A stretch of 64,000 nucleotides of DNA from an uncultured delta proteobacterium (GCA_963848295.1 CAWKDB010000010.1:3904001-3968000); one strand, 5' to 3'. Shown: positions 43,029 to 52,913, numbered from the stretch's first letter. Numbers and translations are program-made. Notes: generated by a model from the letters alone, not told the origin.

Positions 43029-43922
43029 TCAGAGCGGGACGGGTTCCGTGGCAACGCCGGCGAACCGCGAGAGCCAATAGGTGCCGGATGGAAACAGGGA
43101 GGCGACTCGCGCCCGCCAGACCGCGAGCGCGAACCGGTACGCGGCAAGGAACGAGCGGTACTTGCCGAGCGCGTCAATGCGCGCCTCGATTTGTCCCGCG
43201 AAGCGCGGACGTAGGTTGCGCCGGGGCGCGAGGGTGGTGGGCGCCTCGTCCCAGCGTTGCTCCAGGATTTGGCGGCGCCCGCAAACCGACGTACCGGTCT
43301 CACGCCGCAGCTCGGCAACCTCGCGCTCGACGCGCTCGACGCCCGCGCGTACCTCGGCGATGAACGCGTCGGCCGGGCCGAGCTCGGCAGGAATCGTCAT
43401 GCGGAGCTCGATCTCGTCGGGCAGCGTACCCGCGTCGCGAAAAAAGTGCCGAGGTCGCGTTGCCCGCAGCGCCCGTCCCGACAGGAGGTTCGTATACGTG
43501 TTCACGCCGGGCCAATGGTGGACGCGCTCGACGAGCCGATCTTTGACCGGATTGGTGACGCCATAGACGACTTTGGCGATCACGGTCTCGCGATCGAGGA
43601 GCCGGGTCACGCATGGCTCCTCCGCGGCCCAGAAGTTCTCCCAGCGTCCGCGCAGCGCATTCTGGCTGCGAGCGACCAGGCTATGAAAGTACGTGATGAA
43701 CTCGGGACATCGACCGTCGCGGTCGTAGATCGTGGTGTGGTGGTGATTCGACTCGGCGAGTGTATGGACCACGTCCATCCCGCAGCGTTGCGCGGCGACC
43801 GCGAGGCAGTAGGCATACGCGTTGTTCGTCGCGGCGTCGGGCCGCAGCAAGAACCACCGGTTCGCACACCGTCGAGTGAGCAAGTAGAACTGGTTGCGCA
43901 GGACTTGGCGAGGTCGCGTCAC
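43029..43922 (-). CDS. HUH/Y1 transposase, REP-associated tyrosine transposase (RAYT)-like
   Basis: YLLTRRC..FLLRPD, SNHHH (HUH), NFW, Y..TNPVK catalytic Tyr motif, WPG. Confidence 0.85.
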   Translation of the reverse strand: MTRPRQVLRNQFYLLTRRCANRWFLLRPDAATNNAYAYCLAVAAQRCGMDVVHTLAESNHHHTTIYDRDGRCPEFITYFHSLVARSQNALRGRWENFWAAEEPCVTRLLDRETVIAKVVYGVTNPVKDRLVERVHHWPGVNTYTNLLSGRALRATRPRHFFRDAGTLPDEIELRMTIPAELGPADAFIAEVRAGVERVEREVAELRRETGTSVCGRRQILEQRWDEAPTTLAPRRNLRPRFAGQIEARIDALGKYRSFLAAYRFALAVWRARVASLFPSGTYWLSRFAGVATEPVPL

Positions 43923-44010
43923 ACGCCAGACGTTCGCAAGAACTGCACCATCCGAACCCCGTGATTCTTCCTGAGCGTTTGTCCGAGCTGTCCGAATCTT
44001 GGCCGAGATC

Positions 44011-44325
44011 CGGCCGGACAATTACCTCCGGTTCATCTCGCTCAGGTCTCGTCTCGCTCAGGTCTCACCTCGCGGCAATTACTCCGGGCCGGTCTCGCTC
44101 GCCCGGCTCCTCGCCGCGGTCCAATTTACCAACGGTCCGGCCTCGGGGCAATTACCTCCGGTCCGGCCTCGCCCCCAATTACCTCCGGTCCGGCCTCGCC
44201 CCCGCCGGCAATTACCCCCGGTCCGGCCTCGGGCCTCGCCCCGCCGGGCAATTACCTCCGGTCCGGCCTCGCCCGCCCGATCCCCAACGGTCCGGCCTCG
44301 GGGCAATTACCTCCGGTCCGGTCCG
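44011..44325. repeat. Irregular array of about 9 copies of CAATTACCTCCGGTCCGGCCTCG
   Basis: Exact at 44149, 44176, 44249; 1 mismatch at 44209; partial or degenerate at 44019, 44076, 44122, 44284, 44304. Confidence 0.93.
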
Positions 44326-44333
44326 ATCCCCTG

Positions 44334-44407
44334 AGCGCGCGCAGCCGCGAGGGCGCAACGTCGCGATAGCGCGCGCAGCCGCGAGGGCGCAACGTCGCGA
44401 TAGCGCG
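44334..44407. repeat. Perfect 34-bp tandem duplication
   Basis: AGCGCGCGCAGCCGCGAGGGCGCAACGTCGCGAT at 44334 and 44368, then AGCGCG. Confidence 0.9.
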
Positions 44408-44417
44408 ATGCTCGGCG

Positions 44418-46220
44418 CTACAGATCGCCCGGCGTGCCGAGGCGGAAGTCGACGATCTCGCTGTCGACGTTCGCGGTGCCGACCTCGTCGTTCGCGAGGT
44501 TGTCGCCAGCTTGCGCGGACAGGTGTGCGCCCGAGACCGTGTGGATCTCGTAGCGTCCAGTCGAGTCCGTCTCCGCGGTCACCGGCGGCGTGGTCCCCTC
44601 GACCGTCGCGGTCACCGTCGCGCCGGCGATCGGCCGACCGTCTGCGTCGGAGACGACGCCGCTCACGGACTTCCTGTGGCGCGGGCCGACCCCGAGCTCG
44701 ATCTGCGCAGCCGCACCGGCGGGCACCGTGACTTGCACCGGCAGCACGCGGTCGCGCCAGCGCGTCAGCATCGTCAGATCGCACGCCGGGACGTCGTCGA
44801 TCGTGAAGCGCCCGCCGGTCACCGTCACGAGCCGCGGCTCGTGCGACAGCGGGACGCCTCCGCACGACATCAACACCGCGAGGAAGCTGCCTTCGGCGAG
44901 CTCGCTCGTCGTGCCTTCGATCCGGCCGGTACCGGACAACACGAGCCGCGTGTCTTTCGAGGGCGACATCACGGTTTGCTCCGCGATGCCGCGGCTGCCG
45001 GCTTGGACGCGAACGCTGTATTCGCCCGGCACCATGTCGTAGATGTGCCAGCGGCCCTGCTCGTCGGCGCGCTCTTGTTGGCCGAACGCGCCGGCCGCGT
45101 TCGTGGTCGGCAAGATATCGAGATACGCGAGCGGCACCGGATCGCCGTTCGCGTCGACGACGACGCCCGACATCGTCGGCTCGCGCGCCGGAATCTGGAA
45201 CACGACATCGGTGAACCGCGCGCCCGACTGACACGTGAACGTGCGCGGCTGCGACGGCGGTGACTTCCACGGCCACGCGCGCAACGCGACCTCGCCTTCG
45301 ATCGGCATCGACCAGTGGAACGCGCCGCCGTGCTCGATCCTGCCCGACGGGTTGAACCCGCCCTCGATCTGCATCTCGATCGCGCCGTCGGGTGCGGGCT
45401 TGCCCTCGGCATCGACGACGCGCCCGGTGACGATACAACCCGCCGCGAGCGTGACGTTGCTCGTGACGCTCTCGCCCGCGTTGACGTGGAACACCGCGCC
45501 GCGACTCGTCGTGAACCGCGGTTCGCTCGCTTCGACGAGGTAGCGACCCTCGGCAACGCGCAGCGAGAACCGCCCGTCCGCGTCGCTCTCGGTGACGTCG
45601 GTGCCCAGCGCCGGCCGGAGCAGGCCTCCGCGGGCACGGACCGCCGCGCCCGAGATCGGCCGATTCTGCTCGTCGGTCACGCGTCCTTCGATCTTCGCGC
45701 CGCGCACGACGAGCAATTCGACGTGACCGACGTCCGCATTCGCCACGACGCGCGGCATCAGCGCTTCATCGGGCAGCCCCGCGATGTCGAGGCGCGGAGT
45801 AAAATCGTTGCGCACGCGATCGCGTGGTCCGACGGTGAGCACCGTATCGTCGCGCACGAACAGCCGGTACTCTCCGCGCGCGACCTCGACGTGGAACGTC
45901 CCGTCGGCGCCGGCCGTGATCGATTCGTCGCCGAGCGCGCTGCGCACGACGATCTCGACGTTACCGACCGGAGTCGCCGTCGCCGTGTCGAGCACGGTGC
46001 CCGAGATCGTGACGGTGCCAGACTCGTGCGGGAAGGCGATCGGCCCGCGCACCTTCGCACGGCGAAGCGCGTCCGCGAGATCGGGCACGATGCCGGTCCG
46101 CGCGTTCGGGTCGTGGCGCGCCTCCGCGGCCTGGTCGTGGCCGCCACCGCGCAGGACGAGCCACAGCGCGATCACCAGCGCGAGGCACGCGGCGAGCGAT
46201 ACGCGGGACCTGCGCGTCAT
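44418..46220 (-). CDS. Membrane-anchored protein with repeated carboxypeptidase regulatory-like domains
   Basis: Repeated G.V.D..G.P(I/V).GA.V and TD.DGRF motifs. Confidence 0.85.
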   Translation of the reverse strand: MTRRSRVSLAACLALVIALWLVLRGGGHDQAAEARHDPNARTGIVPDLADALRRAKVRGPIAFPHESGTVTISGTVLDTATATPVGNVEIVVRSALGDESITAGADGTFHVEVARGEYRLFVRDDTVLTVGPRDRVRNDFTPRLDIAGLPDEALMPRVVANADVGHVELLVVRGAKIEGRVTDEQNRPISGAAVRARGGLLRPALGTDVTESDADGRFSLRVAEGRYLVEASEPRFTTSRGAVFHVNAGESVTSNVTLAAGCIVTGRVVDAEGKPAPDGAIEMQIEGGFNPSGRIEHGGAFHWSMPIEGEVALRAWPWKSPPSQPRTFTCQSGARFTDVVFQIPAREPTMSGVVVDANGDPVPLAYLDILPTTNAAGAFGQQERADEQGRWHIYDMVPGEYSVRVQAGSRGIAEQTVMSPSKDTRLVLSGTGRIEGTTSELAEGSFLAVLMSCGGVPLSHEPRLVTVTGGRFTIDDVPACDLTMLTRWRDRVLPVQVTVPAGAAAQIELGVGPRHRKSVSGVVSDADGRPIAGATVTATVEGTTPPVTAETDSTGRYEIHTVSGAHLSAQAGDNLANDEVGTANVDSEIVDFRLGTPGDL

Positions 46221-46277
46221 GGCAATGAGACACCGCGACCGGTGCCGTGGTTTCCTGGTGGTAGCACCAAGGCCGAG

Positions 46278-47066
46278 TCAGGCCAGGGCTTCGATGAGGA
46301 CGGCGGTGATGTTGTCTTTGCCGCCGCGTTGGTTCGCGAGGCCAATTGCCGCTTCGGCGCACTCGTCGAGCGCGCCCTCGGCGCACAGCTCGGTAACCTC
46401 GCGATCCGTCGTGAAATAGCCGTGTAGGCCATCACTGCACAACAGGAAGCGATCGCCGACGCCGATGTCGATGTCGGCGGTATCGACCTGGACATAGTCC
46501 TTGTGACCAACAGCGCGGGTGATGACGTTCTTCCCGCTCGCCTTTTCGGCCTCCTCTTTCGTCATCATCCCGTGCTTGACCTTGTAGTTGATCAGCGTGT
46601 GGTCCTCGGTCAGCTGGAGCACGTTCTGCTGGCGGACGCGATAGACCCGCGAATCACCGACGTGGGCCGCGAACGCCAACCCGGCCCGGATCAGCAACGC
46701 CGACAGCGTGGTCGACATGCCCTTTTTCTCGGGGTCGAGCTCGGCCATCCCGAACACCATGTAGCAAGCCTGCTTGACCCCGCTCTCGAGGAGTCGGCGG
46801 ATCTCCCACACGCACTCCGCGTCGCCGAACGTGACGCGTTCGACGAGCCGGTCGAGGTCGCGCGAGGCGCCGTAGACCCACGAGGTCAGCAGCTCGACCG
46901 CCTCGCGGCTCGCGATCTCCCCCTTGTTGTGACCGCCGACACCGTCGGCGACGATGTAGAACCCACGCGAATCATCGCGGAAGAACGCGTCCTCGTTGAT
47001 CTGACGCTTCCTCCCGACGTCCGTACGCGCCACCGACTGAAGCTTCACGGGCGTAAAGCGTATCAT
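46278..47066 (-). CDS. PP2C-family Ser/Thr phosphatase
   Basis: TDVGRKR..NED, VADGVGG, HVGDSR, TEDH, LLCSDGL, GGKDNIT. Confidence 0.93.
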   Translation of the reverse strand: MIRFTPVKLQSVARTDVGRKRQINEDAFFRDDSRGFYIVADGVGGHNKGEIASREAVELLTSWVYGASRDLDRLVERVTFGDAECVWEIRRLLESGVKQACYMVFGMAELDPEKKGMSTTLSALLIRAGLAFAAHVGDSRVYRVRQQNVLQLTEDHTLINYKVKHGMMTKEEAEKASGKNVITRAVGHKDYVQVDTADIDIGVGDRFLLCSDGLHGYFTTDREVTELCAEGALDECAEAAIGLANQRGGKDNITAVLIEALA

Positions 47067-47101
47067 GGCGATAACAGCGCCCGCTTGCTACGATCGTCGA
47101 G

Positions 47102-47952
47102 ATGAGCGATGGGGCGGACACCGCGGAGCCGGTATCGGCGTTGACCGCCGTGCTGCGCGAGCGATCCAGCGAGATCCTCGCGAGCTGGCTCGTGCGGTTC
47201 GAGCGCTCTTCCCTGCGGTTTCAGCGCGCGACGAAGGCGTCCGACCACACCGCGCAAGTCGCGAGCCTGATCGAGGGGCTGACGGTCGCGGCCGCGACCG
47301 GCGAGCTGCAATCCGGGTCCGATGCGACGCGCGAGCTCGAGCGCACCGCCGCGTTTCTCGGCGCCCAATTCGCGAGCCAGGGCGCGACCGGGTTCGATGT
47401 CGCGGCCGTGCTTGCTCGAGCTGCGCGACGTGCTCGCCGGAGTCGCGCCGCCCGCCGATGCCGCGGCGTTGACCCGCTTGTTCGAGTGGCTCTCGGTGAT
47501 CGCGCTCGATCAGTTCGCGGCGGGGGGCCTCCAGTCGTTGCGCGAGCAGACCGCCGAGCAACTCGACTCCGGAACGCCGGTGCTCGAGCTGCTTCCGAAA
47601 GTGCCTGCGGTCATGCTCGTCGGGGCGCCGAGCGCGGGAGTCGTCGATAGCCTGCTCGCGCGTGCCTGGATGCTCGCGGTCGGGCACGGGGGCGCCCTGC
47701 CTCGTGATCCACTGCGCCGGACTTAACGAAGCGGGCGAACGCAGCCTCGAGCGCAGCTACGACGGGTTCCTCGAGCAAGTCGAAGGCAGCGCGCTCCAGA
47801 TCTTGCTCGCGGGGGCGCGCCGTCAGGTGCGCGACGTCCTGACCGCGAAGACGACCGAGCGCGGCCTCGCGATCCAGCACTTCGATAGGCTCGACAGCGC
47901 GGTCGCGCACGCCGTCGAACGCGCAGGGTATTTGCTCATGCGCCGAACCTAA
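47102..47952 (+). CDS. RsbR-like protein (N-terminal helical domain plus degenerate STAS), two apparent frameshifts (about 47412 and 47683)
   Basis: Three consecutive frames join; TPVLEL..V.AVMLVG resembles the RsbR STAS start. Confidence 0.6.
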
Positions 47953-47987
47953 AGTCCGACGACGGACTGTGTTAACCTCTACGCACG

Positions 47988-50213
47988 GTGGGCGATTTCC
48001 CCATCGGCTTCGGCCGGTACCAGCTCGTCGAGCGCCTCGCGGTGGGCGGGATGGCCGAGATCTTCGTGGCCACCGCTCCCGGTGAGCACGGGTTCCAGAA
48101 GCGCGTCGTGATCAAGCGGCTGCTGCCGCACCTGTCGTCCGACGATACGTACAACGCGATGTTCATCGACGAGGCGAAGCTGACCGCGCGCCTCGTCCAC
48201 CCGAAAATCGCGCAGACGTTCGAGCTCGGCAAGGTCGACGACACGCTGTTCATCGCGATGGAGTACATCGACGGCATCGATGTGCTCGCGCTGTTGCGCG
48301 AGTACGCGCAACGCAAGCGCCGGGTCGAGCCGATGATCGCGGCGTACATCGCCCACGAAGTGCTCGACGCGCTCGACTACGCGCACAGCCTCGCGGACGA
48401 GCACAAGAGCTCGCTCGGGATCGTCCATCGCGACATCTCGCCGTCGAACGTGCTGCTCAGCGTGCGCGGTGACGTCAAGCTCGTCGACTTCGGGATCGCG
48501 CGCGCGAAGGATCCGGATCGCGCGCACAAGAGCAAGACCGGCACACTCAAGGGCAAGTACGGCTACATGTCGCCGGAGCAGGTGATCGAGCAATCGCTCG
48601 ACGGGCGGTCCGACGTGTTCTCGGTCGGCGTCGTGCTCGCCGAGCTGCTGACCGGCCGGCGGTTGTTCGCCGCGGCGAACGAGCTCGACGTGCTGCTGAT
48701 GGTGCGCGACGCCAAGCTCGCGCGGCTCGACAAGTACGGCGTCGATATCGATCCCGGGCTCAACGCGATCGTGCGCAAGGCACTCAAGAAGTCGCTCGAC
48801 GAGCGGTGGAGCGGCGCGGCCGCGTTTCGCGATGCCCTCGCCGAGTGGCTGTTCGAGCAGCGCAAGCGCGTCACGCCGAAGCAGATCGCGGAGGTCGTCG
48901 CCGAGCTCCACGACGCGGTCGTCAGTCGACGCCAGCGCGGGCCCGAGGCGGGTGGTGCGACCGCGGTGATCGACGACATCATGCCGCAACGGCCACCGAG
49001 CGAGAGCGACGGGATGCCGATCGTGGTGGTCGAACAGGGCGACAGCCTGAGCATGCCGGTGATCTCGATGAGCTACGACGCGGGAGATGACGCGGCCAAG
49101 GCGCCGTCGAGACCGGTGTCCGTCGCCGAGCTCGCGGCGCCGCCGTCCAAGCGGGCCGAGACCGTGCGCGCGAAGCAGGCGATCCAGGTTCCGACCGTCG
49201 TGCCCTCGCGTGGCGCGCCCGCGGGCATGGGCCGAGCCGCGCAAGGCAGCGCGCCGCCGGTGGTCACGATCGCAGAAGCCGCGGTCGAGATTCCGATCGC
49301 CGATACGATCAGCGCGGCGGTCGAGGCGATCGTCTTGCCCGAGGCGCGCGAGCCGCGCAGCGAAGACTCGGTCACGCGCGCGTTCGACGATCTGACCGAG
49401 GACCCACCGGCGACGCGGTCGAAGGACATCCGGATTCCTTCGCCCGACGAGCTCGCGCGCAAGAAGCCGCCGACCCCGCCCGCGCTATCCGACATCGCCG
49501 AGCCGCCCGACGATGCCGGCGACTTCTCGACGACGTCGCCGCTGCGCGTCCTGTTCCGGCTGATGACCGCACGTGCGACCGGCCTGCTCGTCGTCGCGGT
49601 CGGCGGGATCAAGAAAGAGATCTACGTTCGCGACGGGCAACCCGAGTACGTGTCGTCGAACGTCGCGAGCGAGTTGTTCGGCAACTATCTCGTGACGAAG
49701 GGCGTGTTGTCCGACGGCGAGCTCGCGATGGCGCTCGCGATGATGCCGCACTACGGCGGCAAGCTCGGTGACACGCTCGTCGGGCTCGGCTTGTTGAAGC
49801 CGCTCGAGGTGTTCCGCCACCTGACGCGCCAGGTCCGCACGAAGATCATCGACGTCTGTACGTGGAACCGCGGCGGGTTCGGCTGGTACGCCGGTCGCGA
49901 GAATCCGCGCGAGGCGTTCCCGCTCGACTTCAACGCGTTCGAGATCCTCGGCGCCGGCGCGATGGCGATCGCCGACGACCAGGTCGAGCACTGGGTCGCG
50001 AAGCACGGCTCGCTCAGGCTGCGGGCGTCGCGCACGCGGCGAGTCGGCCCCGAGCGGTTCGAGGTCAAAGGCCTGGTCGAGCTGTTCGAGACCCTCGACG
50101 GCAAGGCGTCGGTCGGCGATCTCGTCGACGCGCACCACGATCGCGCGGAGCGACTCAAGCTCGGCCGCATGCTATGCCTGCTCGAGTCGTGCGACCTCGC
50201 GCGCCCGGCGTAA
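47988..50213 (+). CDS. Ser/Thr protein kinase with C-terminal DUF4388-like domain
   Basis: LAVGGMAEIF, VIKR, HRDISPSN, DFGIA, YMSPEQ; C-terminal TGLL...IYVRDGQP. Confidence 0.93.
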   Translation: MGDFPIGFGRYQLVERLAVGGMAEIFVATAPGEHGFQKRVVIKRLLPHLSSDDTYNAMFIDEAKLTARLVHPKIAQTFELGKVDDTLFIAMEYIDGIDVLALLREYAQRKRRVEPMIAAYIAHEVLDALDYAHSLADEHKSSLGIVHRDISPSNVLLSVRGDVKLVDFGIARAKDPDRAHKSKTGTLKGKYGYMSPEQVIEQSLDGRSDVFSVGVVLAELLTGRRLFAAANELDVLLMVRDAKLARLDKYGVDIDPGLNAIVRKALKKSLDERWSGAAAFRDALAEWLFEQRKRVTPKQIAEVVAELHDAVVSRRQRGPEAGGATAVIDDIMPQRPPSESDGMPIVVVEQGDSLSMPVISMSYDAGDDAAKAPSRPVSVAELAAPPSKRAETVRAKQAIQVPTVVPSRGAPAGMGRAAQGSAPPVVTIAEAAVEIPIADTISAAVEAIVLPEAREPRSEDSVTRAFDDLTEDPPATRSKDIRIPSPDELARKKPPTPPALSDIAEPPDDAGDFSTTSPLRVLFRLMTARATGLLVVAVGGIKKEIYVRDGQPEYVSSNVASELFGNYLVTKGVLSDGELAMALAMMPHYGGKLGDTLVGLGLLKPLEVFRHLTRQVRTKIIDVCTWNRGGFGWYAGRENPREAFPLDFNAFEILGAGAMAIADDQVEHWVAKHGSLRLRASRTRRVGPERFEVKGLVELFETLDGKASVGDLVDAHHDRAERLKLGRMLCLLESCDLARPA

Positions 50214-50227
50214 CGACGGCGGTCTAA

Positions 50228-50523
50228 TCCGCCGGGCCCCATCTCGCCGGCTTGCAATTGGCCCGGCGTCAACCTCGCACTCTCGTTCGAGTGCGGCGTG
50301 GGAACGCGCGGTTGGGCTAGCGCACTCGCGCGCAGCGCGATCGCCGCGCAGCGTCGTCGCTCCGCGGAGGCGCCCGAACCACCACGGCCTGCGCCGTCGC
50401 CCGAGCGAGTCCGGGGCGCCCTCGCAAGGCAGCCGCGCGAAGCCGCTGCGTCGGATCAGCACGAGCATGAATGCGAGGTGGACGCCGAGCCCACTGCAAG
50501 CTCGCGAGACGGGGCCCGGCGGA
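50228..50523. repeat. 55-bp imperfect inverted repeats (50228-50282 and 50469-50523) enclosing the 122-bp repeat
   Basis: 47/55 identity counted by eye. Confidence 0.85.
50324..50445. repeat. 122-bp structured intergenic repeat, copy 2 (inverted relative to copy 1)
   Basis: Matches 17874-17995. Confidence 0.85.
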
Positions 50524-50524
50524 G

Positions 50525-51415
50525 CTAGCGGGCTCGGTCGGTGTGCTGAAACGGCATCTCGTCGCCGTAGACGACGACGACCCAGATCGCGCCGTTGCCG
50601 ATCTCGGGATGCGGCGCTTGCCTTACGGCGACGCCGATGTCGTCCGCGGTCTGGCCGTTCAACAGCTTCTCGACCATACGATCGCGGGGCAGCGCGTCGA
50701 GCGTAGACAGCTTCGTCACGCTGTAGCGGAACCTGACGTACTTGCGATCGACCTCCGACAACTGGCTCTGCATCGCCGGCCAGACGTCGTCGGCCTTGGC
50801 GCCGGTCGCGAGCTCGGCCGCGAACTTGCGTGCCACGATCTCGAGCGCGGTATCGAGTCGAGGGCCGTGGTCCGTGGTCAGCACCGAGGTGATGCGCGAA
50901 GCAACGAGCCGCGTGTCGGTCGCGCGCGTCACGTCGAACACGATCGCGGTCGCGCACACGGTGTGATCGGGTGCCTCGACGACGCCGACGCCGATCTGGC
51001 TGACGTTCGGCGACAGCAGATCGTGGTGCTCGCGCGGCGAGCTCATCCACGCGAGCTCGGCATCGTCGACGGTCGGCGCGCGCGCGCTGTTCTCGGTTAG
51101 CCCAACCAGAGACAGGTCGCCGTAGTCGGAGTCGCGCAACGAGGCCTCGGAGGGAACGTCGCGGATCCGCGCGGACGACACGCGCGCGACGAGCGAGACC
51201 TGTTCGTTCCACGCGAGCACGGGCAGCCTTGCCGTGGCGCGCGCGTCGTTGATCAGGCCGAACAACCGGCGCTCGGCGTCGGTGGCGGCGGCGAGCGGAT
51301 AGCGCGGCGCCTCGATCACCGGTGGCTTCGGCGGCTCGATCACACGCGGTGGCGTGCAGGCGGTGGCGACGAGCGCGAGCAGCGCGAGGCGCCTCGCTAC
51401 CAAAACTTCCACCAC
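50525..51415 (-). CDS. CAP/SCP domain lipoprotein
   Basis: ATAC lipobox; LINDAR, L.W, EN, WMSS..H...LL, IGVGV; start uncertain. Confidence 0.75.
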   Translation of the reverse strand: MVEVLVARRLALLALVATACTPPRVIEPPKPPVIEAPRYPLAAATDAERRLFGLINDARATARLPVLAWNEQVSLVARVSSARIRDVPSEASLRDSDYGDLSLVGLTENSARAPTVDDAELAWMSSPREHHDLLSPNVSQIGVGVVEAPDHTVCATAIVFDVTRATDTRLVASRITSVLTTDHGPRLDTALEIVARKFAAELATGAKADDVWPAMQSQLSEVDRKYVRFRYSVTKLSTLDALPRDRMVEKLLNGQTADDIGVAVRQAPHPEIGNGAIWVVVVYGDEMPFQHTDRAR

Positions 51416-51987
51416 GGCTTGCGAGCGGGCGGTTCGGCCGGCGTCGCCGCGGGCTTCGCGGTCTTCGCTCGGGTCGGGCGGGGTGCGATCAGCACGCGGA
51501 ACGGCGCGATGCCCTCGAACAACGGCCGCAAGCCGAACCGCTGCCAGATCGTCTCGACGTTATCGCCGGTGAGCGCGGCCGGCTCGATCCCGTCTTCCTC
51601 GGGGATCGGTTCGCCGCTCAGCTCCCAGTCGTTCTGGATCCACCGCATCGACTCGCCATCGCGGAACATGCCGAACGCATACGAACCGCCGTGATCGCCG
51701 ATCATCGCGAACAACACGGTGCCGAGCTCGACGCTGAGCGCGACGAGCTGGTCGTCGTCGGCGAGCAGCAGCTCGCTCTCCGCCCAGCACGTGTACGGAC
51801 CGTCTTGCCACAACACGACGAGCGCGCCGTCGTCGTTCTTGTAGATCTGCTCCAGCGCGCTCCTGTCGGTGCGCTTGCGATTCTCTGCGAGCACGCCGGT
51901 GAGCATCTCGCCGTAGCGCTTGCGCAACGCGGTCTCGACCTGATCGATCTTCGCCGTCGCGGCATAGAAGAACGCCGTGACCCCCAT
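51397..51987 (-). CDS. Hypothetical protein
   Basis: Starts 2 nt after upstream stop; ends KPWWKFW. Confidence 0.65.
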   Translation of the reverse strand: MGVTAFFYAATAKIDQVETALRKRYGEMLTGVLAENRKRTDRSALEQIYKNDDGALVVLWQDGPYTCWAESELLLADDDQLVALSVELGTVLFAMIGDHGGSYAFGMFRDGESMRWIQNDWELSGEPIPEEDGIEPAALTGDNVETIWQRFGLRPLFEGIAPFRVLIAPRPTRAKTAKPAATPAEPPARKPWWKFW

Positions 51988-51989
51988 CG

Positions 51990-52913
51990 TTACAGCCCGA
52001 TCGACGTCAGCGCGGCGGTGAAACGCGCGGGTAGTGGAGCCTCGATCACGAGCTGCTCGCCCGCGAACAGCAGCTCGATGCGCGCGCCGTGCAGATAGAA
52101 CCCGGGATGGTCCGCGATCGGGTCGCCGCCGTATAGGGCGTCGCCGGCGATCGGCGAGCCGACGTGCGCGAGGTGGGCGCGGACCTGGTGCATCCGGCCG
52201 GTGCGCGCGGTGCAGCGCACGAGCGCGTGGGTCGCGTTTGCGCGCTCGACCGCGAACACGGTGTGAGCGGACAGCCCGTCGGTGTAATCGACCGCGACGT
52301 GATCGCCGCGCTGCGCGAGCGGGGCATCGCATTCGCGCGACACCGGCCGGCCGACGGTCAGCGCGAGATACTGCTTGTCGACCGAGCCGGCGCCAAACGC
52401 CGCGCGTAACGCGCGATACGCGTCGGCGGTGCGAGCGGCGATCAACGCGCCCGACGTGCCGATATCGAGGCGATGGACCAAGCCACCATCGCGCGCGTCG
52501 TAACCGATGCCGTCCTCGGGCTCGAGCGCGGCGCACTCGGGCCAGCGCGCGGCGATCGCGTTTGCGGCGGTGCCGGTCTCGCCGGCGCGGAGCGGCTGCG
52601 ACGGCATGCCTGCGGGTTTCGCGATCACGACGAGCTCGGGGCGCTCGATCAACACCTCGAGCTGCGCGGCGGCGGCTGGATCGGCGACGGGACGCAGCGC
52701 GTCGCCCGATGCAGGCGGGTGAGCGAGCTCGATGACATCGCCAGCGGCGACGCGATCGCCTTTCTTCGCGCGTGCGCCGCGAATTCGCACCGCGCCATCG
52801 TCGAACAGCTGCGCGAGCTCCCGCCGCCCCGCGCTCGGAAACTGGCGCGCGAGCGCTTTGTCGACGCGGCCTTCGCCGCCGGCCTCGATCGTGACGGTGA
52901 CCTTCTCGTTCAT
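51990..52913 (-). CDS. RluA/RluD family pseudouridine synthase with S4 domain
   Basis: RVDKAL, KPAG, VHRLDIGTSG, TGRMHQVRAHL, GDALYG. Confidence 0.92.
   Translation of the reverse strand: MNEKVTVTIEAGGEGRVDKALARQFPSAGRRELAQLFDDGAVRIRGARAKKGDRVAAGDVIELAHPPASGDALRPVADPAAAAQLEVLIERPELVVIAKPAGMPSQPLRAGETGTAANAIAARWPECAALEPEDGIGYDARDGGLVHRLDIGTSGALIAARTADAYRALRAAFGAGSVDKQYLALTVGRPVSRECDAPLAQRGDHVAVDYTDGLSAHTVFAVERANATHALVRCTARTGRMHQVRAHLAHVGSPIAGDALYGGDPIADHPGFYLHGARIELLFAGEQLVIEAPLPARFTAALTSIGL

Noticed and set aside
44011..44325. CRISPR array interpretation of the 23-bp repeats
   Set aside because: Linkers are short, irregular, low-complexity and partly duplicated; no cas genes in the window.
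50298..50528. 76-aa ORF, or the 122-bp repeat as a small protein family
   Set aside because: About 7 of 12 differences share a codon position, which is not convincing; copy 1 has no start codon upstream in that frame; base-pairing explains several of the changes.
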